Shown here: piece by piece, positions 38,711 through 51,600 of the stretch | Layout of the letters: each line of letters starts with the position of its first letter | Position numbering within the stretch: position 1 is the first letter of the stretch | From: Chrysomallon squamiferum | Taxonomy: Eukaryota > Animalia > Mollusca | Length of the DNA stretch: 64,000 nt | NCBI GenBank assembly: GCA_012295275.1 | Contig: CM022665.1 | Location: forward strand, 15,128,001-15,192,000 | Direction of reading: 5' to 3' | Program-made: the position numbers and the translations under genes | Notes under the pieces: model-generated | The model's database searches: none | What the model was told of the DNA's origin: nothing | Seen by the model: only the letters and a program-made list of their open reading frames with translations

Positions 38711-39737
38711 AGGCTGTATATACATAAGAAATTTCTTTTTTGCTATATGTGCGCGTGTGTGTATGGTTATATATAAATTTTACATCACTGGTTCAAAACG
38801 TTTTAATGCAAGTAGGTATAAGTTCTGAGATCATGTCCAAGTACTGGTTTTCACAGAGATAACTGTTTAAGTCCATTATACACAGTTGTCTTTCTAAACG
38901 GAGTGACACTGTCCTGCGCTGACACTCGAAGTTGCTGGACTCACTGTTGGTGGTACGCATGTTTGTAACGGTTAACAGATTATGCGAAATTGTGGACATG
39001 GCAGGCGTGAACAAAGTACGCTAAATCCGAGACCCTTATGAAAAATAACTAAATAAAAAAGTTTAAAAAAAACAACAACATATAGCCAACTCAATCAAAA
39101 CTACACCGAAGATTTACATGACGAACAAATGCATAAAGATGTTAAATACGACAGCTTACCTTTACAGGAAAAACTTACAAAAACATTTCATCAGATACAA
39201 CTTTCCTTCAATCATGACTATGGAAACGTACTTTGACCTATGACATTTGTATATATTATTTTTTTCACCATGCAAGTTTACACCGTGACCTTGGGTGAAT
39301 CAGCTGATACCATACCTGAACCTCGTAACGAATCAACATTAGCATTTTCTACACGTAAATAAATCGGTTACAATTTTTATCGTGGTTATATTATTTATTC
39401 ATTGATAAAGCTTTTTTTTAATAATAACAGTTAATATAATTTATTTTATTTACTGTATTTTATCTATTTATTTATTTGCTTATTTATTTTTATTAGTTTA
39501 TAATACAATGATTATAATAATTAAATTTGAATACAAAAAAAACAAAAAAAAAAAATATATATATAAATAAATAAAAACGATGAAAACGTTTGTGAGAAAT
39601 GACTAAAACACGGAATAAATATAATGGTAACATTTATGTGGCACGCCGAAATTTGAATTTAGAGAATGCAATATTATGCCAATTGGTTAATGAACGGATT
39701 AGATAAGGGTGTCACGAGATTTTTCTAAAGGCTTAGG

Positions 39738-40151
39738 CAAGGCCGGATTTCCCATACAGGCGTTCTAGGCAAGAGCACAGGGCGGCAAGATGATAGGTGC
39801 GGCAGTTTATGAAAATTGTTACTGGCCAGTGTTGCCAACTGTGCGCGTCTTTCGCGCTCAATTGGGCGTTTTAGAGGATTGTGGGCTAAATTATCAAGTT
39901 GTCCGCTTTTAAAAATTTGGGCACTTTTAACCTAATTCAGGTACATTATTATGACATAGAATAAATACCTGTTGAACAGAAACTTTGTAAAAAATACTGG
40001 TATTTTCTGAGGTGTGCGCTTTTCCATATTATAAAACATCGTATATTTCATATTATATAATAAACAACGTGGAAAGGGTGAAGTGGGCTTGAAGAGGGGG
40101 CGGTAAAATTTCTGTAGCCTATGGGCGGCTAGCACGATAAATCCGGCACTG
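39738..40151. mobile_element. hAT-type MITE with 8-bp TSD GGCTTAGG
   Basis: TIRs CAAGGCCGGATTT / AAATCCGGCACTG (11 of 13 match). Perfect direct repeat GGCTTAGG at 39730-39737 and 40152-40159. Confidence 0.88.
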
Positions 40152-41420
40152 GGCTTAGGCCTACAAAAATTTATGCAAGACCCTTAATCTTTGGACGAGT
40201 CCGGTAACGATACCATCAAGGTCATCGACAAGTTTATTAACATTTGAGCACATCTGCTGACTTTTAACTGCACTGACAGTGTTGTGCATATAAAGGTGAT
40301 TAAGTTTTCTGTTAATTCACTGATTGTAATTGTTTATGCAAATTGCATTTACACGTTCCTTGCTCCGCCCCCAAATAAGAATTCTGGATACGTCCATTCA
40401 TACATAACCCCATTCATTCTTTCTTTTTTTTTTGTGTGTGTATAGGGGTTTTTTTTGTTTGTTTTGTTTCCCCAAAAGTTTTGCTTTGAGGTAGAATAAG
40501 GTGTTATATTCGTTCAGTTCACGTATTAAGTTCCTGTTTCAGTTTCTACAACCGATGTTGAGTTAGTTTTTAATTTTGGGCTTTACAATTCGTTTTACCA
40601 ATCACGAACTATTTCTTCACAGTTAATAGTAAACTAAAAATGCGGCTTTTGTTAAGTATTTGTATAGACCAGTGAACCGTACGTACGTCGAAATTTGCTG
40701 ACTAACAGTAACAGTTCAAACGCTGAAAAGAAGAAATATCTGTGTGGCTATATATAGGCCTATATATTCTTTTTCTTTATTTCTTTATTTTTACAATACA
40801 TTTTGTAATATTTATGATTATACGTTTAGAAAATCACGTAAATATTATAAAAGAATTATAAAATAATAATAATAATAATAAATTAAATAACGAAAATAAA
40901 TAAATAAATAACCACAATAAAAATTGTAACCTCGATTTATTTACGCGTAGAAAAATGCTATATAAAAGGTAAAAATTTAAACATTAGAATCACTGTTTAA
41001 AATATGTTGTTATCTCTGAACAAAATACACTCATTAAGATACTTCGCCTAGTTGTGCAGTTTTTTTTTTTTTTTTTTTTTTTTGTCTATGCACTTTCTAC
41101 ATATGGTTAGTTGCCTACGATAGTATTATATATAGATTAAGATATATTTCTCTTATTATTTTATTTTCACTTCGTTGTTGTTGATGTTTCTTTATCTTTC
41201 TTTCTTATTTTCCTTTATTTACTTTATATTAAAGATTTTTCCTTAACCTCGGTAATGTTTATGAATGATGAAGAATAAACTCTCCAATTTCCAAATGCTC
41301 CACACACACACACACGTATGTATGTAAATAATAATGCTATGCTATATTATACTGAATGGTGTCCAGTGTATCAATGAATATCAAATATTGTTTTGGCGAA
41401 AAGAAAATAAGTTTTTCAGA

Positions 41421-42959
41421 TTACTCCGATTTGGATTTCTTTGCTGTCACTTTGCGTTTTCTGCAGCAAATACATCTGATGAGTACAAATAGCACATACA
41501 ACACACCAATGGGAACACTAAATAAAATGAACCACAGGTCAGCAGACAAGTAAGAAATCAATGGTAAACGAGCTGAAGCAGACCTCGTGTGATCTGCGCC
41601 ATATTTGATCACGTGCTCAATAGCAGATGCAGCACGAGCTGCTGGTGTTTCCGGTCTGTCTCTTAGCAACAACGACGTTTTTCTCATGTTCTCTTGGTAA
41701 ATTTTATTGGTCAGTAGAGTGTTGACTGTTTTCACAATGTCTTCTGAGGAAATGGTATTAAGATTCATCGACAGTCCGATCTTTTTATGAACAACTTTAC
41801 TTGCAGTTGAAAAGGCATCGCCATTTAAAGGTGTGCAAATAATGGGCACAGCATGGTACACGCCTTCAAAAAACCCATTTTTACCACAATGTGAGATGAA
41901 TAGTTTGACTGCAGGATGACCAAGTACATCATTCTGAGGAAACCATTTCACACCTTTGACATTACCTTTAACAAAATCACTGTCTGTTTTGAACAATACT
42001 TTCTGTTTTAGCTCAGAAAATGCACTCATCAGCTTCTTCATCATTACAGGCGGTGCTTCCTGCAGAATGCTTCCAAACGAAACTACCACAACGCCATCAG
42101 CTGCTCCAGACATGAACTTTTCCAGTTGGGGAGGAAGTTTTTTAGCAGGTGATGCTGTCAGACCACCTACTTGAACAAAATTTGGCATCAGAGCTTTAGG
42201 ATAGTCAACAACATGATCTGAATTCTCCAAATACAAAACTGCATTTCTCATCAATTCTTCTGCGTCACTTCCAGCAAGAGATGGGTCATATTCTGCAGGA
42301 TCTCGTGTAGGCAGCATGTAGGGTCTGAACGTGTACATGACAATATACATCAATACATTTTTCAGGCGTTGTATGAAGGACATTTCGTTTGAAAAGGTAC
42401 TCATTATATGTGGTGATGTAATAGCTTGAAATGGTAGACCGCCATCCCTTGCGTCCACAGTAGAGGCTACACCAACATAAGGTACCTTTAAATAGTGTGG
42501 TAAGAAGAAAAAACACTTGGTAAAGAAAACTGCTTCAACTATGACCAAGTCAAATTTCTCTTCTTTTAACTTTTGGAGCCCATTTTTATCTGCAAACACA
42601 GCGTCACAAATTGTAGTCGTGGATATTGTGAACGAATTCTTAAGCCTCCATAAGCTTTGAGCTTCTTTACTAAAAGCACTCTCTGTTAGTTTTCTAAAGA
42701 TGTCATCCACAACTTTTTTATCAGCTTTTGAAAAATCAAAGTTCCAAATCCTGATTTTCGTGTCAGACAAAAACGAATGGTCAAACGAACTGGCTAAATA
42801 GAAAGTCACTGTATGACCTCTCTTTACCAGCTCCTCTCCAAACAAACGCATTTCATTCACAATGCTGGCTGCCATTAAACCAGGAAATAATAGAATATTT
42901 GCTGCCTTGACACTACATGTCAAAAACATGACTAATAACGATAATTTCATAATTTTCAT
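41421..42959 (-). CDS. UDP-glycosyltransferase copy B, 512 aa, intronless CDS
   Basis: Same architecture as copy A, ending in KSKSE (KxKxx). The true start is probably ATG 42959 (MKIMKLSLLVMFLTCSVKA signal peptide) because a polypyrimidine tract and CAG acceptor lie at 42974-42995. Candidate 5'UTR-exon donor TAG|gtgagt at 43756/43755. Confidence 0.95.
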   Translation of the reverse strand: MKIMKLSLLVMFLTCSVKAANILLFPGLMAASIVNEMRLFGEELVKRGHTVTFYLASSFDHSFLSDTKIRIWNFDFSKADKKVVDDIFRKLTESAFSKEAQSLWRLKNSFTISTTTICDAVFADKNGLQKLKEEKFDLVIVEAVFFTKCFFFLPHYLKVPYVGVASTVDARDGGLPFQAITSPHIMSTFSNEMSFIQRLKNVLMYIVMYTFRPYMLPTRDPAEYDPSLAGSDAEELMRNAVLYLENSDHVVDYPKALMPNFVQVGGLTASPAKKLPPQLEKFMSGAADGVVVVSFGSILQEAPPVMMKKLMSAFSELKQKVLFKTDSDFVKGNVKGVKWFPQNDVLGHPAVKLFISHCGKNGFFEGVYHAVPIICTPLNGDAFSTASKVVHKKIGLSMNLNTISSEDIVKTVNTLLTNKIYQENMRKTSLLLRDRPETPAARAASAIEHVIKYGADHTRSASARLPLISYLSADLWFILFSVPIGVLYVLFVLIRCICCRKRKVTAKKSKSE

Positions 42960-43114
42960 GGTTTTATCGGATTCTGAAAAAGAAAACGAAAAATCTGTGT
43001 TAATAATAAAATCATCATAATGTATTTTCAGCTGGTTCAAAAACCCGAATTTTTTTTTATAAAAGATTCAATTTCAGTTTCCTCATTAGTATCTTTATAA
43101 AATTACATGTGGTA

Positions 43115-43172
<58 letters not shown>
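43115..43172. repeat. (AAT)n microsatellite
   Basis: Direct reading. Confidence 0.95.
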
Positions 43173-44351
43173 GCGTTAACATACACATGTACAAAATAAT
43201 ATTATCCAGTTTTCGTGTTACACAAGGGATATGCATACAGCGAATGTACGGTGAAATAATGAACTATTTTGGACATGTAGGTTAAATCTATTAATAATCA
43301 ATTAACATGCAATAATAATAATAATAATAAGTTTTGTTGTTGTTTTTTTTCATCATCATCTTGTTTCTTTTTTCTTTTAATTTTTTTTAAACAAATTAAC
43401 GTATTTAGACATTCATACTTTTACACCAACCCGACTGAATCGACCCTGCGCTGTTTCACGCACATACATCGAGATAAAGCAATGCACATATATGCCAACG
43501 CCTTATGAAAAAACACACACAAATAAAACAACAACAAAAAACTTGATATCTCTATATGTAAAATTTACACCTGTAAAATTATGCCTAGAACACATATTTA
43601 TTTAACATTTTCTTCGCTTCGGTGCACGGCGACATTTCGGTTGGATGTATCTGTTGCCAGCACAGTACTGACAAAATGATGGCAAGGGAACGACGTAACG
43701 AATTAGTAACAATGTACCGTCTGACAGAGTATTTGTAATAAAAGTTATAACTCACCTATAGTATTCTGCACCTTTTGTAGTTACAAAAACAAACCAGCAT
43801 TTGTTAGCACACTGGGCACGCTCTGCTGCAGCAACAGTTAATCGGGTGATACAGACTAAAAATATCCTTATTAACGACAAGGTTAAAAATTCAGTGACCT
43901 CGTTATGGGCTGTAGTTCACCAGCATATTAAAGTAGGTCCACTCTGTCCTTGGACGCCTGGTGTTGAAACTGGGGTTCGCCAAATAAGGGAGAGATTTAA
44001 TAAATCAGAATTAGACTGGGAATGAATAATTATATATTTTCTACAAATATGCAGAAAAATAGACGTTAACACTTCATAAATAGCTAGTATTACAAGTAAA
44101 AAAAATCGTAAATAAATAAATGATTTTTTTTATTGTTTTCAAATAAAACAGGAACCATCATAGAATTTAAATTTGCTGTCAATGCTCTTAATAACAAAAA
44201 ATACATTTTTTTTTTTTTTTTTTTTTTAAGTAGTGAATGCGGTAATAAAATAGTAGTAACAGCAACAGCAGTAATAGTAGTAGTAATGGAACCCAAAATG
44301 TCACCTTGGAACGTTAACCGGTTTTTTTTTTTTTTTTTTTAAATTTTATGT

Positions 44352-44384
<33 letters not shown>

Positions 44385-44469
44385 CTTTATTCCAATTAAA
44401 AACTCGTGACTGTTTATACGATCCGCATCAAATAGCTTTTTCTATTAATTTCATTCCGTCTGATCTTTC

Positions 44470-44502
<33 letters not shown>

Positions 44503-46585
44503 TAAAACATAAGAAATTTTTTATGAAAACATATGGAATCATTCACCAGCAAAAACTGGAATGTCAATGTACTCCCAAAATAAGGTTATATATTTTTTTT
44601 ATTAATATCCCTTGTTTCGCTTCATTCTTTTATTATCATAAAACAAATTCGTCGCCCATAATTTACTCTGAACTGAACTTTATTTACACTCAGACCGTAG
44701 TCTACGTCATATGAGGGTACATTCATAAAAAAAGTCAGTATAATTATAACAATTATAACAAGATGGTGGATTTACAATTATGTACATTATTATAAAAAAT
44801 AAAAAGAATATATCAATATATCAGCCAGAGGATTTGAAAAAATACAGAAATTTTTCTAAGGACACCAGCATTTTTAGAGTTAAATAATTTTTTAAAACTT
44901 ATGAATGCTTGGTTGAGATTGACAGAAGAATGGTAGGAAAAAAAAAAAAAACAACATTCCCATCCCTTTTTGTAAGAACATACATCGCTGTCGACGTTCA
45001 TATCTGACGAAGAAGTGACCATTTTTTAACGCTCCCCGCATTTTCGCTATCATGCTAACAGAATAATCTTCGTGTCCATTAGAAGGTACAGAATATGTTC
45101 ATTAAATATATATATAGAGAATTTCAGTTTAAAAACTTAATGTTTAAGGTTTCGAAACAATATTTTATTCGCTTTAACAGAGAGAAGGGAATCCCGTGCT
45201 TCTGCGTATGGGAAAACCACGAAACGGTAGAAGCAAAACCATGTGTATTTTCCGACACGTAGGAAAGAATGCAAAGCTGTGCGAGTGCTTGCTAGCCCGT
45301 GTATCCTCTGGCAGAGAATAGCTTGGACCGTTTATTGGCAGATCTTGCACCTACGCTACTCATTTAACAATAATTTTGGCTTAACGTTTCTTTAAATGGT
45401 CATTTTCGACTTCAGTGGCACCATAAAACGTACCATGTAGTTGTACATAGGCCTACACATCCTAAAAGAAGAAATCTGAGTCCCCTGTCATAAATCACCA
45501 GTTCAGAAATCAGACATGAATCATGATGTTACGGTCAGCTGATTAATACCTGACAGCTTTTCGGGGAGTTAAAAAATAACAATAAATCACAGTTTCATCA
45601 AAACAAAAACAAGCAGTGCACTGGAAAGAGGAAATGTTGCTCTTTATTGTTACACAAATTACATGTCTTTTAACAACAGTGTATTAGTGTCCAGCTGAGA
45701 AAAGACAGCCACTGTCAACAGATTAGGGCCCTGCAAGTAGCTGCGCCAGTACCTACGTTCTGTTATTTTTACTTTATTTAAAATAATAATAATAATAATA
45801 ATAATAATTTTTAAAATATCTTAGAGGAAAGAAACACATTGATTTAAAATTATTTTAACTTCTCTTTGCTATAAGTAATGTCATCATAATTATTTACTAT
45901 TCAGATATATATATCACTATCCAGCGTTCTTTTTGTTTTTATTAGTCTTGTAATTTTTTGTTTGTGTGTCTTCTATACACTTTTATTTTTTTATCATTTG
46001 ACATACACATCTAACTACAGAGTTCCAACGTGCACATAAACACACAAATATTTATCTGTTTATTTATTTATATATCTTTTCATAATTCTTAAGGATGCCG
46101 TTTTCGCTATTTCTTTTCACAATATAATAAACACTTATGTCACTTCCCAACAATAGTATGATGTCTGAAAGAAGCAAAAAAGGTCTTACAAATATTATAT
46201 TTTAAGATTCGTTATGTTTAAAACTACAGCCAAATCCATTTTGGATGCATATCAGTATCTTGTTTTTGAAGAGTTCCAACCTTCGTACTTAAACCAACAA
46301 AAAATGTTACGGTTTCCGTAATGAGATCGAAGAAATTCTCCGATGTCAATGGCAGTGGATCTAGAAGCAGCAGTAATGGCAAGTTATAGCATTATTATTA
46401 AGTTCATTATATGTAATTTTTATGTAAATAAACTTTAAATGAAACTTTGGTGGCATAAACAAATATTTTAAGTATATTTTGTCTAGTGTTATTTGATTGA
46501 TTTTGTTTGTTTATAATATACTAATCGAAAGGATTGTTTTTCTTTGTTTATAATATACAAATCAAACGGATCCGTTAAATACCAT

Positions 46586-46616
<31 letters not shown>

Positions 46617-48433
46617 TCAAAAACATTTAATGAAAAATAGGTCGTTGATCAGCATTTTTTAATTTATTTTTTTATATTTATTATTATTATTTTTTTTTCA
46701 GAATTTAAAAAGAAAAATAGCTTCCATTCCCTTTCAGAACCGCCAAGTTCCCGACACGTCCAATCCAAACGTTCTTGGAATGCAGCTTAAATTGCACCTG
46801 GCGACTGTAACACCTGTCATCCATGAAAGGCAAGGGCCTAATCAAAGATTCTAGGTCAAAAGACAACAGAAAAAGCGAAGATCTGTTCCACTTTTTAATA
46901 TTTATGATGAAGACGATTTTAATGCATGTTGTCACTTTACTATAGGCTACAACAATAAGTTATCCAAATAGTTTAATAATTCTACAAAACCAAATTTGAA
47001 TTTGTTATTAATTTCAGAGGCAGGGATAATTCCATATTTCTTTGTGCCAATCCACAGTGTCTAGATCTGAAAGAAAAATAAAACAAACAAAATGTTTTGT
47101 TGTTTCTGTTGTTTTAAGTTTTAATACACATTCTTGCTTAGTTTTAACAATAGAAAAAAATCTTTTGCATTTTCTTAAGACAGAGAAAACAGTCTATAAA
47201 ATACTGATATAACAACAGTGTAGAAAATATAAATTACACTGCATACTGATTGTCATAATATTTAATATTATGTGAGGTTTTTTAAACTTTTGCTGTCAAG
47301 TCCTTTATACAACTACATTACATACACTAATAATAACTATTAATAAGCATAATTATCATCATCAATAAAAAATATAAGATCATGATAATGCAAGTATATT
47401 TAACACAATATGTATCAACAAACCATAACAATAATTGTTATGAAGAAAACACAAAATATTTTATATTTTTACAATTATATAAATATTTACAAACAGATTA
47501 TTATAAAAAAATAATAAATAATGCAGGACATGCCTTAGATGTACAAAAGATGGACATTTTAACTTTGTAAATTCAGACCAAGAGCTAAAAGTTTTGATCT
47601 AAATTAAAAAATGTCCTGGACATGATTTTATAAAGCTTGTAAGTGAAAAATGATAAATTTAGTTTTGCACCTCCGTCAGCATCATAAGTGATTCATCCAG
47701 AACTGAGTACACAAAAATCAGGACTAGCTCAATGTGAAATAACAAAACAGAATTGTGTATAGTATACTGAACAGTTATTGCTATCCATTGGGACATATCA
47801 TATTAACAATTAAACAGAACAAAAAATTGTTAATAATCTTATTAGTCTATATAATCAACAAGTTTAGTCTATATAATCAACAAGGCATGAATTCCTAACC
47901 TTGAAAAAAGATGTTACCATTTTTACTTCTGTTGGAAAACAATCTGTAATTATTGATAAAATTCACTTAACTAACTTAGAAATATTTTAAACTTTTAGCT
48001 GTTAGAATAGTTATTAACAGGCCTATGTTATTGTTAAATAATTAACAAAATGAACCATAAATTATTGTGAAGGAAGAAGCATCCAAAATAATCCTATATC
48101 ATTACTAAAGAATGGTCCTATAAATTCACTTATCACCATTGTAATGAAACAATATCAATCATTCTTGTTTTTATTTCATCTGAAGTTTGTGTTATTAAAT
48201 GTCATTTCATCTAACAGTTCCTGAATGGAAGATCTTTAAATATGCTGCCTCAAAAATATAATAATTGTTATACATCCAGAATTTCCCTCTGAATTCAGAA
48301 TTCATTAATCAATAAACAGATAACAACATGCTGGCACAAAGAAAGAAAACATCACAGCTCACTACCCACAATGTGGTAAATCTTTATCAGTGATAATTTT
48401 CAAACAGTTATTAATATTGTTCATTTTCTTTTA

Positions 48434-48620
48434 TCATTTTTTGCCATTTCTTTGTTTTTCAAGTCTTGTCAGCTTGGCCAGATTGTCTCGGACTAAATCA
48501 TCACTTGGATCAATTTTTAGAACAGTTTCATAGTGTTTGCGAGCCTTTGAAAACTGACCCTGGTAAAAATATACATAAGCAGATAATTAAAACAGATGAT
48601 GAACATTATATATACAGTGT

Positions 48621-48682
<62 letters not shown>

Positions 48683-51600
48683 ATACATGCACACACAAAC
48701 CCACACAGTCATTTCATTATGTAATATATTAAGATAATAGAACATTCATAAAATTATTTTCACAACATTAAATAAACAAGGAAGGTGAAATTAAATCTCT
48801 ATAAGAATCTAGGTATGTTTTAAAAGATATACTATTAAGATTACAATATGTTTTTAGCCTTGAGAAATAACAATGTTAAAAACACATCTCTCTGAGCATT
48901 ATATATCATGATCCAAAATAGCTCAGTATAAAAACACACCTTCAGATGGTATATTGCTCCAAGATTTAAATGAGCTTTTGACTTTCCTGGATTTAACTGG
49001 AGAGATTCAGTATAATGCTGAAAAAGAAATTTTATTATCATCTGTAGAGCCCAATAGCTGAAAATAATAAAATACTTTTATGTATGTAATAATTACTTTT
49101 ATATACAGTATGATAAAAAATAATTATGATTATAGAAGAAGAAATCACCAGACATTTTAAATCATTTATTATTTTCTTCACTTGGAAAAATCACCAAATG
49201 TTTTTCATGCTATCTGCTTGTAATCACAGACTCTTGAGACTTTTCAAACAATAATTTTAAAAATCATGATCCATGTTTCATAACTAGCCTTAAAAAACAG
49301 AAAACTAACAGTTTAAAAATTACTTACCAGTAAAGCCTGATCATATTGCTGTAGGTCCTTGTAATGGTTTGCTAGATCATACTTCATATCTGCTAACAAA
49401 CCATTGCTTTTCTGAAGTTGTTTAGCTTGATGAAGTGCTTCTTCCAGATATGCAATTGCCTGAAACATTGAAGTGGAATTATATTAACACTGAAGCCATT
49501 AGTAATTCATTCATACAGAGACACTTGAATTCACCTGTGTGTAAGTTAAGTCTGTTGAATAATTAATGGAAGAGGAATTACTCTGTGAAAAAACCAGAGA
49601 AACTAAAACACATAATTAGCACAAATGAAAAGTTTGTTAATAATGACTGTTGTAGTTACATACATTTGTATTTAATCTGCCTAAGAATCTTACCACTTTT
49701 GGTTTTGACTGGATTCCATAGACAACTGCAGCTATTCTGAGAGCATCAACATTGTTAGGAGAGTCTGCCAGAATCCTGTGTATAATACTCTCTGCCTTTC
49801 TCATTTCCTGCATGCTGATCAGTACATTAGCCTGGAAAATTAAACTTTCAAAATTATTTGTTATATATATATATTTGTTTTGATATTATTATATTGAAAC
49901 CGAAATATGTTTTTTAAAGACACATCAAGAATACATTATACTTTAGTAAAATATTGCATGTTTGTGTGAGAATATGGAACAATATGATTCACTGTAAATA
50001 TATGTATGCATGTTTATTTATTTATTTACTCTACAGTTTATTATTAATCCTTTTTCAAATTAAGCCAAACAATATATTTCGAATGAAAACAAGAATAAGA
50101 AGCAAAAGAAGAAGAATAATATTATGTGTCATGAAATTCTAATACTGATTATGTAATCCTCATTTTTTAAATCTATATTTTCAATATCTCTTTCTGAAAC
50201 AGCAACTAAAAAAAAAAAATAACAATAATAAAACAACTGGAATCAATTAATAAAATAAACATACATGTACATGTACATAAGTAACAATTAAAACAATATG
50301 TATTAATAAAAAAAAATGAAACTGAACAAAAACAAATAATGATTTTATATATATATATATAAAGTAAAATAAAATTTAAAAATTAAATAAAAAAAAAAAA
50401 ATGTTAAAGTCATCTAAATTCTGGTTATGGCTAGTACATACATAATGTAATAAGGCCTCAGTGTTGTTTGAAGATCTGTCAATCATTTCTTCATATACAG
50501 CCAGTGATTCAGCTTTCTTCCCTGAGTGAAAATACATCATTCCCAGCTGATCAACAACTTTAGGATCTAGACTGATTGCCAAAGCTCTGGAACAGTAATA
50601 AATATTATTATTGTACAAAGACATTATTAAATAATACATATAAAGATGACTTTTATAAAGACATTTTCAATGATATATTACATTGAAAATTACTATCATT
50701 AAAAGCAACAAAGAAGGAAAAATAAGAAATTATATTTTTAATAAATCTTGATCTTATACGGCATATGTATACAGATAACAGCCATATAAATAATGATAGA
50801 GAAATCCAATTGTTGCCATAAAATTGCCTATTTCTTTCTTCTATTTTTTTTTTTCCAAAATTATTTTATCAACAAAGTGTATTTTATATGCAACTACACA
50901 GAAACATATATTATTTGATAAAATAATTATGGGAAATGGGATGTAATGGGAAATATTCTATTGGAACACTAAGAAGGATACATATGTGTACAAATGTAAT
51001 AAATTTACTGTTTTAATAGTTGCTCAGCTTCTGTTATTTTTCCAAGGTGTTTCAGACTGTCAGCTGCATTAGCCATGGCAAGTGTGTCTGAGCTATCAAT
51101 GGTGTAGGCTTGTTGGTAGCATGTCACAGCATCTTTATAATTACCTATATCATTGTAAAAACATATACTTATCTGTATCTCATAAAATAATGATTAAAAA
51201 CTCTTTATAAGACAGATACAATATAATAAACATTTTAAAGTGTAGTTTTGTGGTGTGAAGAAAAGGTCTTAAATGTTTTTGATATTTTCAATTCTAAATA
51301 ATTGTTTTATTCTCTTTAAATAGAATCAAGCTTTGCTAATGAAAGATATGAAAATAATACGATAAAATCAAACAACAAGGTTATTACTTTTTCCTTTTTT
51401 TTATACTGATGCAAGGAAATAAAATTAAATAACTTTGTAGCCTGAATTATCCACTAATTTTTATTTCAGATTCATTGTTGGGCTGTCATGGAAATCATTA
51501 AATTTGTTGTAACAAATTCTGCCTTATAAATTTTGTTTACATATTTGATTCTATAATGTGAAAGTTTGTTAATACATAATACAACATTACTAACTTAACA

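Noticed and set aside
42960-43040. 27-aa N-terminal extension of the 539-aa UGT ORF
   Set aside because: Non-ATG start that runs through a polypyrimidine tract and acceptor. The signal peptide begins at ATG 42959, in line with copy A.
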